Assembly: GCA_006226965.1 (NCBI GenBank)
Contig: SBGQ01000167.1
Coordinates: forward strand, 21,484-85,483
Direction: 5' to 3'
DNA: 64,000 nt
Source of the DNA: a bacterium
Lineage (GTDB): Bacteria > Bacteroidota > Rhodothermia > Balneolales > M1805
This document shows, in pieces, positions 54,581 to 64,000 of this stretch (position 1 is its first letter; each line of letters starts with the position of its first letter). Position numbers and translations under genes: made by a program. The notes under the pieces are model-generated. The model had not been told where the DNA came from, made no database searches, and saw only the letters and a program-made list of their open reading frames with translations.

Positions 54581-54943
54581 ATGGATAAAAATAGATTACA
54601 ACAGTTTCGTGAAAAAAGAGCCGTTTTAAACGAAAAAGTGTTTGCTTTAGATCATTTAGGTGTTAAACGTTTTTTTAATATGGACTCAAATACCTATCGA
54701 GATGGCGCACTTGACGGTAAAACGAAAGAATTATTAGGATTGGTTGCTTCTGCCGTATTGCGTTGCAACGATTGCATCGATTATCATTTAGAACAATGTG
54801 CCAAACTAGGCTTTTCAAAAGCCGAAATCGTTGATGCCATGAATGTGGCACTTATTGTTGGCGGGAGTATCGTAATTCCGCATTTCAGACACGCCGTTGA
54901 AACCTTGGAATTTCTCGAGCAAGAGGGAACTTTAACTCACTAA
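54581..54943 (+). CDS. carboxymuconolactone decarboxylase (AhpD-like) family protein
   Basis: 120 aa with a CNDC (CxxC) motif in LRCNDCIDYHL. Confidence 0.7.
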   Translation: MDKNRLQQFREKRAVLNEKVFALDHLGVKRFFNMDSNTYRDGALDGKTKELLGLVASAVLRCNDCIDYHLEQCAKLGFSKAEIVDAMNVALIVGGSIVIPHFRHAVETLEFLEQEGTLTH

Positions 54944-54953
54944 TGCATCAAAT

Positions 54954-56099
54954 TTGAGAGCAAAACACGCACTTTTATTCTTAGGCTTACTCGCAGCTTT
55001 TCCGCTTAAAGCACAATCACAACTCGAACAAAAACCGGATTCTATTGTAAGCGGATTTCTGCCTGCTATATCATACAGTTCTGATTTTGGTTTGTTTGGA
55101 GGCGGAATTTATAATCGAATCAATTTTGGACAGAATACAAAACCGTTTAAAGATCAGTTTTTGGGGAATGTCATTTTATCCACAAAAGGTTTTGCACAGA
55201 TTCAATTCTACTATGATAAAACGAGTCATTTTGGAACCCCGCACAGAGCAACGTATGAAGTAAACGTACTTAGATTATTTCAGAATAATTATTTCGGTAT
55301 CGGAAATGCTGTTGTTTTTGATGAAGCCCGATGGAATAACGAAGACTATTTTTATGAATCGCGCGGAGTGCTGTTAAATTATCGCGGGAGATTTCCCGTT
55401 TACAGAAAAAAAGACGATATCAAACGATTCGATGTGCTCTTGCTTGGGAATTATACTTACGAACTGGCTCTTGATAGAACAACTACTTCTGTATTAACTC
55501 AAACCGTTCCCTATGGAAAAGGCAGTACGTGGTTAAGTTCAATCGGAACCGGATTTTTCTGGGAAAATCGGGATAATGAAATTATTCCAAAATTCGGTAA
55601 CTGGACGGAATTGAATATTAGCGGGACTATTCCCGGTTTGAGTACAAAGCTTAGTACCAACATAATGTTCCGACATCACCAATATTATACCGTTCATTTT
55701 ATTCGTGATTTAACCTTTGCCGGACGTTTTTATTGGCGTCATGTTATAGGAGATACTCCATTTTGGAATTTATCTGATGCCGGTTTTAGTGCAACTTTAC
55801 GCGGTTATCCCTATCGCCGATTTATCGATAAAGGAGCCATGACGTATAATGCTGAGTTAAGAACATGGTTGTTTGATATACCAAGTTGGAAACTCCGTTT
55901 TGGCGGATATTTCTTTACGGATATTGGTCGCGTTTTCGAAGATTTTGCCGATTATGAAAACGTGTTTAAAGGGTATCATCAAACCTATGGTTTAGGCGGA
56001 ACATTTAGCGTGTTTAATCCGAACTTTTTCCTGAGAATGGAAATGGGGTATTCTGATGAAATTTCTCGTTTTTATGCCGGAATCGGGTATTTGTTTTAG
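54954..56099 (+). CDS. outer-membrane beta-barrel protein (Omp85/surface-antigen-like barrel)
   Basis: 381 aa with a TTG start, because there is no in-frame ATG. Signal peptide ending PLKAQS, an aromatic-rich strand pattern, and a C-terminal ...GIGYLF. Confidence 0.5.
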   Translation: MRAKHALLFLGLLAAFPLKAQSQLEQKPDSIVSGFLPAISYSSDFGLFGGGIYNRINFGQNTKPFKDQFLGNVILSTKGFAQIQFYYDKTSHFGTPHRATYEVNVLRLFQNNYFGIGNAVVFDEARWNNEDYFYESRGVLLNYRGRFPVYRKKDDIKRFDVLLLGNYTYELALDRTTTSVLTQTVPYGKGSTWLSSIGTGFFWENRDNEIIPKFGNWTELNISGTIPGLSTKLSTNIMFRHHQYYTVHFIRDLTFAGRFYWRHVIGDTPFWNLSDAGFSATLRGYPYRRFIDKGAMTYNAELRTWLFDIPSWKLRFGGYFFTDIGRVFEDFADYENVFKGYHQTYGLGGTFSVFNPNFFLRMEMGYSDEISRFYAGIGYLF

Positions 56100-56584
56100 A
56101 AAGGTTTAAGCTAATCTTGAGTGAATTAATATAGCTAGAGATAAACCACTTGAGCATCGGTATTGGAGAAGTTTACAAGATGATTACAGTAGAGGGATGG
56201 GTAGATGTCAATTAATCACAGCTTGTCAATCCGTGAATACGGGAGTCTCATGTCAATTAGGATTTTGCAGAATCCATAAGCGTTAACCTAGTGGTACATT
56301 CAAAGAGATTCACTAATACGAAGGAATGACGATTAAAAAAAATCCTAGAAAAAATGAAGAAAGAAAAGTCCTCTTAAATCTAAAAACCCAAGACTTTCAC
56401 AGAACGAGAACATAAAAATAAGACTGATAATCTTAGTGCACTAGGTAGAATACACAACTCGCTCCATTTGCTAGTTAAAAGATATTTACTCAAAGAGAAG
56501 AATCTGAAATGGGTACAAACAGAATCAGGAATCTAAACTTTCCTTACAAAATGGTATTTTTAGGCGAATTTAAAACAAGGTATC

Positions 56585-58978
56585 GTGCATTTTTATCCCT
56601 CAACTTCTTTTGAAAAATTAGGCTTTCATCTCATTATGGATCGGGCCATTTCCCAAACCCGAACGATATACGGAGCGGAAGAATTACATGGACAAGTTCC
56701 TGAGATAAATGCCTCTCAGGTTGAGTTTATGCACACCTTAACACGCGAATGGATGAGCTTACTTCAGGTAGATGATGCCATTCCAATCGATTCCTTGCCT
56801 GATATTCGCCCTTCATTACAACGTGCCCGAATAATTGATGCGATTGTTTCCCCAAAAGATTTATTAGCTATCGCACAAACTTGCAGCACATTCCGAAAAG
56901 TGCGTTTGTTTATTGACCGACGTAAAGAGATGATGCCGCTTTCATTTTCAATTTTGGAGCGTCTTCTCGGTTTAAAGAATATCGAAGATTCCATTTTTGT
57001 GGCAATTGATGAACAAGGCGAAGTAAAAGACTCAGCAAGTCCGGAACTCAGAAGAATACGCAGTTCATTAAACGGAAAAAGAAGTCAGATTCGGGCAAGT
57101 TTACAACGTTTTATGCGTCAGGCGCAAAAAGACGGCGCTTCGGTTGATGAGGGAATAACGTTACGAGCCGGAAGAATGGTTATTCCCATCAAAGCCGAAT
57201 ACAAGCGTCAGTTTGCCGGGTTTGTACACGATGTTTCATCCACCGGACAAACGGTGTACTTCGAACCGGCGGAAACCTTGCATTTGAATAACGATATTCG
57301 CCAGTTAGAATCGGATGAGGCGCGTGAAATAGAGCGTATTTTGCGTGAAATAACTGCAAAAGTGCGTCCGCATACCATTGATATTGAAAACAATTTGTTG
57401 TTGCTCGCACAAGCTGATGTCTGGCAGGCAAAAGCACGCATATCAAATGCCTATCAGGGAACCTTGGCAAGTGTGGCAAAACACGACGAAATTAAGCTGA
57501 AAGATGCCCGCAATCCGAATTTACTGCTCAAACATGAGTGGAAAAAAAATGAAGTAGTTCCGCTCGATGTTGAACTAATGTCTTCCGAAAAGTTATTGAT
57601 GATTACCGGACCAAATGCGGGCGGTAAATCGGTTGCCATGAAAACTATCGGATTATGTGTATTACTCAATCAAACAGGATTTGCGATTCCGGCAAAAGAA
57701 TCTGCGGTTTTACCGGTATTTGATGGTTTGTTTATCGATTTGGGCGACGATCAATCTGTTGAAAACGATTTAAGTACCTTTTCTTCTCGTTTGGTTTACA
57801 TCAGAGAAACAGAAAAACAACTTACACACGCTCCTTTAATTTTAGTTGATGAAGCCGGTGCGGGTACCGATCCTGACGAAGGGAGTTCCTTATATCAGTC
57901 GTTTTTTGAGCGGTTATTAGAACGAAACGCACGTATTTTGGTAACTACACACCATGGGCGACTCAAGGTATTTGCACACGATAATCCGCACGCCGTAAAC
58001 GGTTCTATGGAGTTTGATCAAGTTGCATTACAGCCAACCTATCGTTTTCAAAAAGGAATTCCGGGCAGTTCGTATGCGTTTGAAATTGCAGGGAGATTAA
58101 ATTTAGCATTACCCTTAATTCAACGTGCGCGACATTTATTGGGTAAGAAAAACGATACGATGGAATTGCTCATCAACGATTTGGAAAAAGAACACCAAAC
58201 CGTACGGGAAATACGAGACCAATTACTTTTTAAAGAAGTCGAACTCAATAAGCTGAAAACCGAATATGAAGAACGAAATAAAACCATTCGTGAGCAGCGC
58301 GAAAAGCTGAAACTGGATGCGGTGCAAGAAGCTCGGTCCATTATTTCCGAAGCGAATAAACAAGTTGAGCGATTGGTTGAGCAAATACGTAAAAATCAGG
58401 CGGATAAAGAATCGATAAAAGAAGCTCGTTCCGGTTTAGAGCAGCTTAAAAAAGAGGTGAGTAAACGCATCAAAAAATCAACAGAATCTGGTGTTGCGCT
58501 AACATTTGAAACTCCGGTTGTCGGTGATTATGTGAGTATTGTTTCCAGCGGAAATGTGGGTCAAGTGCTTGATATTCAAGGCAAACGTGTTACAGTTGAT
58601 ATTAACGGATTACGTGTGGTTGCCAAATTGAACGAACTCACCAAAACGGATAAACCAGTCGAATCAAAGAAAAAGAAAAAACAGATTGTAGTTGTTGATT
58701 CGGGAGATGATATGCCTGACTTACGAGCCAGTTCCATTCGTTTAGATGTGCGCGGGAAACGCGTTGAAGAAGTGGATTCCGATTTAATTCCGTTCATCGA
58801 TAAAGCGCATTACAGCGGTCTATCAGAAGTTGAAATTATTCACGGAAAAGGAACCGGTGCTTTACGAAGCTATATTCGTGACCGATTAAAAGTAGATCAA
58901 CGGATTGCGAAAATGGAAGATGCCGGTTGGGAAAACGGCGGACCGGGTTGCACGATAGTTTATTTCAAAAAACGATGA
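56585..58978 (+). CDS. mutS2: endonuclease MutS2 (MutS domain plus C-terminal Smr)
   Basis: 797 aa with a GTG start. Walker A GPNAGGKS, DEAGAGTDP, a long coiled coil, and an Smr domain (IIHGKGTGALR). Confidence 0.9.
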   Translation: MHFYPSTSFEKLGFHLIMDRAISQTRTIYGAEELHGQVPEINASQVEFMHTLTREWMSLLQVDDAIPIDSLPDIRPSLQRARIIDAIVSPKDLLAIAQTCSTFRKVRLFIDRRKEMMPLSFSILERLLGLKNIEDSIFVAIDEQGEVKDSASPELRRIRSSLNGKRSQIRASLQRFMRQAQKDGASVDEGITLRAGRMVIPIKAEYKRQFAGFVHDVSSTGQTVYFEPAETLHLNNDIRQLESDEAREIERILREITAKVRPHTIDIENNLLLLAQADVWQAKARISNAYQGTLASVAKHDEIKLKDARNPNLLLKHEWKKNEVVPLDVELMSSEKLLMITGPNAGGKSVAMKTIGLCVLLNQTGFAIPAKESAVLPVFDGLFIDLGDDQSVENDLSTFSSRLVYIRETEKQLTHAPLILVDEAGAGTDPDEGSSLYQSFFERLLERNARILVTTHHGRLKVFAHDNPHAVNGSMEFDQVALQPTYRFQKGIPGSSYAFEIAGRLNLALPLIQRARHLLGKKNDTMELLINDLEKEHQTVREIRDQLLFKEVELNKLKTEYEERNKTIREQREKLKLDAVQEARSIISEANKQVERLVEQIRKNQADKESIKEARSGLEQLKKEVSKRIKKSTESGVALTFETPVVGDYVSIVSSGNVGQVLDIQGKRVTVDINGLRVVAKLNELTKTDKPVESKKKKKQIVVVDSGDDMPDLRASSIRLDVRGKRVEEVDSDLIPFIDKAHYSGLSEVEIIHGKGTGALRSYIRDRLKVDQRIAKMEDAGWENGGPGCTIVYFKKR

Positions 58979-59541
58979 AAAAGCTGGTCGTAAAATTAGA
59001 AAAAACGAAGTTAATCTTGTTTAACAAACCGTTTCAGGTGATGAGTCAATTTTCGCCTGTTGAGCAGAAAGAAACCTTAGCTGATTACATTCCCGTGAAA
59101 GAAGTATATGCAGCCGGACGTCTTGATTTTGATAGTGAAGGGTTGATGGTTCTCACAAATGATGGGAAATTGCAACATCAAATTGCCGACCCAAAAGAAA
59201 AATTACCTAAAACGTATTGGGTTCAGGTTGAAGGAATTCCGACAGAGGAAGCTTTAGAACAACTACGCAAAGGTGTGGATTTGAAAGATGGTGTAACCAA
59301 ACCTGCGGAAGTAAAGCGCCTGGAAAATCCCGAGGTTTGGGAAAGAAATCCGCCGATTCGAGTGCGTAAAACCGTTCCAGATTCATGGATTGAACTTACC
59401 ATAAAAGAAGGCCGAAATCGTCAGGTTCGCAGAATGACAGCTGCGGTTGGATTCCCGACTCTGCGCTTAATTCGTGTTGCGATTGGTGAGTGGAATGTAT
59501 TTGGATTACAACCTGGTGAGTGGAAAGAAGTTCGAATATAA
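58975..59541 (+). CDS. rluE: rRNA pseudouridine synthase, RsuA/RluE family, without an S4 domain
   Basis: The ATG at 58975 overlaps the mutS2 stop (ATGA). AAGRLDFDSEGLMVLTNDG catalytic-Asp motif. 188 aa. Confidence 0.7.
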   Translation: MKKLVVKLEKTKLILFNKPFQVMSQFSPVEQKETLADYIPVKEVYAAGRLDFDSEGLMVLTNDGKLQHQIADPKEKLPKTYWVQVEGIPTEEALEQLRKGVDLKDGVTKPAEVKRLENPEVWERNPPIRVRKTVPDSWIELTIKEGRNRQVRRMTAAVGFPTLRLIRVAIGEWNVFGLQPGEWKEVRI

Positions 59542-59584
59542 TTCATCACAAAACGAATTTGATGTTACATCAAACCCCTAGAAA

Positions 59585-59616
59585 CAAAAAAAGCCGATAA
59601 AGAATCGGCTTTTTTT
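59585..59616. terminator. bidirectional intrinsic terminator between convergent genes
   Basis: A-run, then GCCGAT (59593-59598) paired with ATCGGC (59604-59609), then a T-run. Confidence 0.7.
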
Positions 59617-59637
59617 ATGAATGTATGTTAGCTGAAA

Positions 59638-62517
59638 TTATGCTTCAGCGTATGCTTCAGTTGGTAAGCAGGCACAAACCAAGTTTCTATCGCCGTAAGC
59701 ATCATCAACACGACGTACAGTTGGCCACACTTTAGCATCGCGAACGAATGACAAGGGGAAAGCCGCTTTTTCACGGCTGTACGGATACTCCCAAGCATCA
59801 GAAATAACGCAAGTTGCGGTATGCGGTGCGTTTTTGAGAACGTTGTTTACTTTATCAGCTGTACCGTTTTCAATCTCGCGAATTTCTTCACGAATTTGAA
59901 GCATAGCATCACAGAAACGATCCAATTCTTCTTTGCTTTCAGATTCAGTCGGTTCAATCATAACCGTACCGGCAACCGGGAAACTCACAGTTGGGGCATG
60001 GAAACCGTAATCCATCAAGCGTTTAGCTACATCAACTACTTCTACGCCTGCACTCGTTTTGAACGGACGGAAATCCACAATCATTTCGTGTGCACTGCGT
60101 CCTTTTTTGCCGGTGTAAAGAATCGGGAATTCTTTTTGAAGGCGAGCTTTAATGTAGTTTGCATTTAAGATTGCAGCCTGAGTTGCTTTTTTTAGACCTT
60201 CGCCGCCCATCATAGCTATATATGCGTATGATATGGTGAGAATGTCAGCACTTCCGTATGGCGCCGCTGAAACCGCGGTAATCGCTTTGTCGCCTCCGGT
60301 TTTAACGAAAGTATGTCCCGGTAAATACGGTTTTAAGGTATCGTTCACGCCGATTGGTCCCATTCCCGGTCCGCCACCACCGTGAGGAATACAGAATGTT
60401 TTGTGCAGATTTAAGTGGCAGACATCAGCGCCGATTTCGGCAGGTGATGTTAAGCCAACCTGAGCATTCATGTTTGCACCGTCCATATAGACTAAACCGC
60501 CAAAATCGTGTACAATCTGACAAATCTCTCGGATTTCCTCTTCAAAAACCCCGTGTGTAGAAGGGTAAGTAACCATTAAAGCTGATAACTCGTCTTTGTA
60601 TTGTTCCGCTTTTGCACGCAAATCTTCTAAGTCGATATTACCTTTTTCATCACACTTAGTAACAACCACTTTCATGCCGGCCATAACTGCGCTTGCCGGA
60701 TTTGTACCGTGCGCAGAAGAAGGAATTAACGCCACGTTTCTGTGCCCTTGACCTTTATCTTCATGATAAGCACGAATCGTCATTAAACCGGCATATTCGC
60801 CTTGAGCACCGGAGTTTGGTTGCAAAGACATCGCAGTAAATCCGGTAATTTCGCACAACCAAGCCGATAACTCAGAAATCATTTCATGATAACCATCCAC
60901 CTGATTTGTTGGTACAAACGGATGTAAGCTGCTCCACTCCGGCCAAGTAATAGGAATCATTTCGGTAGTAGCATTTAATTTCATGGTGCAAGAACCCAAT
61001 GAAATCATAGAATGAACTAAAGAAATGTCTTTGTTTTCGAGGCGCTTTAAATAACGTAACATCTCATGTTCAGCATGGTAGCTGTTGAAAACCGGATGTG
61101 TTAAATATTCTGACGTACGAACTAATAAAGCATCTAAAGTGCTCACTGCTTCTGTATTTAATTCGCCTGCTTTTTTACCTGAAATAGATTCAAAAACAGC
61201 TACTAATTGCTTGATATCACCTAGCGTTTTTGCTTCATCAACAGAAATGCCAAACCCGTTTTCGAAGTAACGTAAGTTAATTTGTTGTGCTTCAGTTGCC
61301 GATTTTACTTTAGAAAGTACATCAGAACTTAATCCGCCAAAATAAAGGGTATCGAAGTAATTTTTGTTGGATTGATGGTAGCCTAATTTTTCTAATTGAT
61401 CAGCTAATACAACCGCTTTGCCGTGAATGCGTTCAGCGATTGCTTTTAAACCTTGTGGGCCATGATATACGGCATAAGCTCCCGCCATAACAGCCAATAA
61501 AACCTGAGCTGTACAAATGTTTGAAGTAGCTTTTTCACGACGAATATGCTGCTCGCGGGTTTGTAAAGCCATACGAAGTGCATTATTGCCTTCAGCGTCT
61601 TTTGTGACACCGATTATACGACCCGGAATCTGACGTTTATAAGCTTCTTTAGTAGCAAAAAATGCCGCATGAGGTCCGCCAAATCCCATTGGAACGCCAA
61701 AACGTTGCGCAGAACCGATAACAACATCAGCGCCCATTTCGCCCGGAGATTTCACCAAAGTCAAACTCATAATATCGGCGGCAACGGCAACTAAAACGTT
61801 TTGCTCTTTTGCTGCAGAAATGAAAGAAGTGAAATCGTGTAATTCACCGAAAGTATCAGGATTTTGTAATAAAACACCATATACATCTTCTCGGCTGATG
61901 TCCATTTTTTCAGGTGCACTAATTTCTAACTCAATACCAATCGGGGTTGCACGTGTTTTTAAAACATCGATGGTTTGAGGATGTGTATGTGCAGAAACTA
62001 AGAATGTATTTGCGTTTTTCTTTACAGTAGCTTTAACGCTGTGAAGCATAGTCATTGCCTCTGCCGCTGCGGTACCTTCATCTAATAAAGAAGCGTTAGC
62101 TAACTCCAAGCCGGTTAAATCCGAAATCATGGTTTGGTAATTCAACAACATTTCTAAACGTCCTTGTGCAATTTCTGCCTGATAAGGAGTGTATGCGGTG
62201 TACCAACCCGGATTCTCTAAAATATTTCTCAGAATAACTGTTGGTGTGAGGGTATCGTAATAGCCCGCACCGATATATGAAGTGAACAGTTTATTCTTTT
62301 TTGATTTTGTTTTGAATGATGCTAAAAACTCAGCTTCAGAAAGTGCTTCAGGAAGGTTTAAATCTTTTTTTAAGCGGATTCCGGAAGGAATAGTTTGTTC
62401 TATTAATTCATCTAAAGATGCAGCTCCGATTGTAGAGAGCATAGCTTGAATTTCAGTTTCACTTGGGCCGATATGACGTTTTTCAAATGAATGGAACTCG
62501 CGCAATTGTATGGTCAT
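59638..62517 (-). CDS. gcvP: glycine dehydrogenase (decarboxylating), single-chain P protein
   Basis: 959 aa with the typical GcvP N-terminus ([10 protein letters not shown]) and a PLP-lysine region ([18 protein letters not shown]). Confidence 0.95.
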   Translation of the reverse strand: MTIQLREFHSFEKRHIGPSETEIQAMLSTIGAASLDELIEQTIPSGIRLKKDLNLPEALSEAEFLASFKTKSKKNKLFTSYIGAGYYDTLTPTVILRNILENPGWYTAYTPYQAEIAQGRLEMLLNYQTMISDLTGLELANASLLDEGTAAAEAMTMLHSVKATVKKNANTFLVSAHTHPQTIDVLKTRATPIGIELEISAPEKMDISREDVYGVLLQNPDTFGELHDFTSFISAAKEQNVLVAVAADIMSLTLVKSPGEMGADVVIGSAQRFGVPMGFGGPHAAFFATKEAYKRQIPGRIIGVTKDAEGNNALRMALQTREQHIRREKATSNICTAQVLLAVMAGAYAVYHGPQGLKAIAERIHGKAVVLADQLEKLGYHQSNKNYFDTLYFGGLSSDVLSKVKSATEAQQINLRYFENGFGISVDEAKTLGDIKQLVAVFESISGKKAGELNTEAVSTLDALLVRTSEYLTHPVFNSYHAEHEMLRYLKRLENKDISLVHSMISLGSCTMKLNATTEMIPITWPEWSSLHPFVPTNQVDGYHEMISELSAWLCEITGFTAMSLQPNSGAQGEYAGLMTIRAYHEDKGQGHRNVALIPSSAHGTNPASAVMAGMKVVVTKCDEKGNIDLEDLRAKAEQYKDELSALMVTYPSTHGVFEEEIREICQIVHDFGGLVYMDGANMNAQVGLTSPAEIGADVCHLNLHKTFCIPHGGGGPGMGPIGVNDTLKPYLPGHTFVKTGGDKAITAVSAAPYGSADILTISYAYIAMMGGEGLKKATQAAILNANYIKARLQKEFPILYTGKKGRSAHEMIVDFRPFKTSAGVEVVDVAKRLMDYGFHAPTVSFPVAGTVMIEPTESESKEELDRFCDAMLQIREEIREIENGTADKVNNVLKNAPHTATCVISDAWEYPYSREKAAFPLSFVRDAKVWPTVRRVDDAYGDRNLVCACLPTEAYAEA

Positions 62518-62699
62518 AGGAGTGAGGCTTTTGAATTTGGAGAGTTAGCTTATAGATTGCTCTGTGCAAAAAAAGCAACAAATTGTACCGTGTTTAGACT
62601 GCTATTTTTGCCGTGTTCAGGGCGTGCAAAGATACCAATTTTTGAAGTGAGAATAGGACTTGCCATCAAACAAAATAGAAACCGCTTCCAAATAAATAA

Positions 62700-64000
<1,301 letters not shown>

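Overview
Gene-dense chromosomal window (about 55 protein genes, one tRNA, one riboswitch) from a low-GC bacterium that looks like a member of the Bacteroidota/FCB group. Three things point that way: a T9SS-type C-terminal sorting tail, an arginine operon built around an N-acyl-ornithine carbamoyltransferase, and a TPP riboswitch in front of a TonB-dependent receptor. Several intergenic regions nevertheless carry sigma70-like TTGnnn-N17/18-TAnnnT promoters. Left to right: a minus-strand arginine operon (leader-argG-X-argC-argD-argF'-argB-argE-argH); a solute-binding protein; adenosine deaminase; a small OM barrel; a D-Ser-dehydratase-like enzyme; a propeller-type histidine kinase with a sigma54 (NtrC-type) regulator; two LPP20-like lipoproteins with an MltC-like transglycosylase; a YbdK-type ligase; the TPP riboswitch and TonB receptor; an M28/PDZ peptidase; a ThrE exporter pair; a CHASE2 cyclase with an SH3-M48 protease; an OmpR-type two-component system; hemCDE; secDF; a STAS protein; purA with a RuBisCO-like protein and a cupin; tRNA-Gly(GCC); a T9SS metzincin; a periplasmic binding protein; hisIE; a 1461-aa hybrid kinase; an SGNH hydrolase; an AhpD-like protein; an OM barrel; mutS2; a pseudouridine synthase; gcvP; and eno. 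I saw no CRISPR array, transposase, integrase, phage gene or recognisable defence system, so this is mostly housekeeping DNA. Four observations stand out. (1) A 27-codon leader ORF with four consecutive Arg codons, plus terminator and antiterminator pairings, lies immediately upstream of argG. This looks like an arginine-sensing transcription attenuator. (2) An uncharacterised P-loop protein is translationally coupled inside the arg operon, where an N-acylglutamate synthase would be expected. (3) A short form-IV RuBisCO-like protein sits 9 nt behind purA. (4) A GC-rich structured element of unknown nature lies in an AT-rich divergent promoter region. All calls were made by eye from the sequence and the ORF track; no searches were run.
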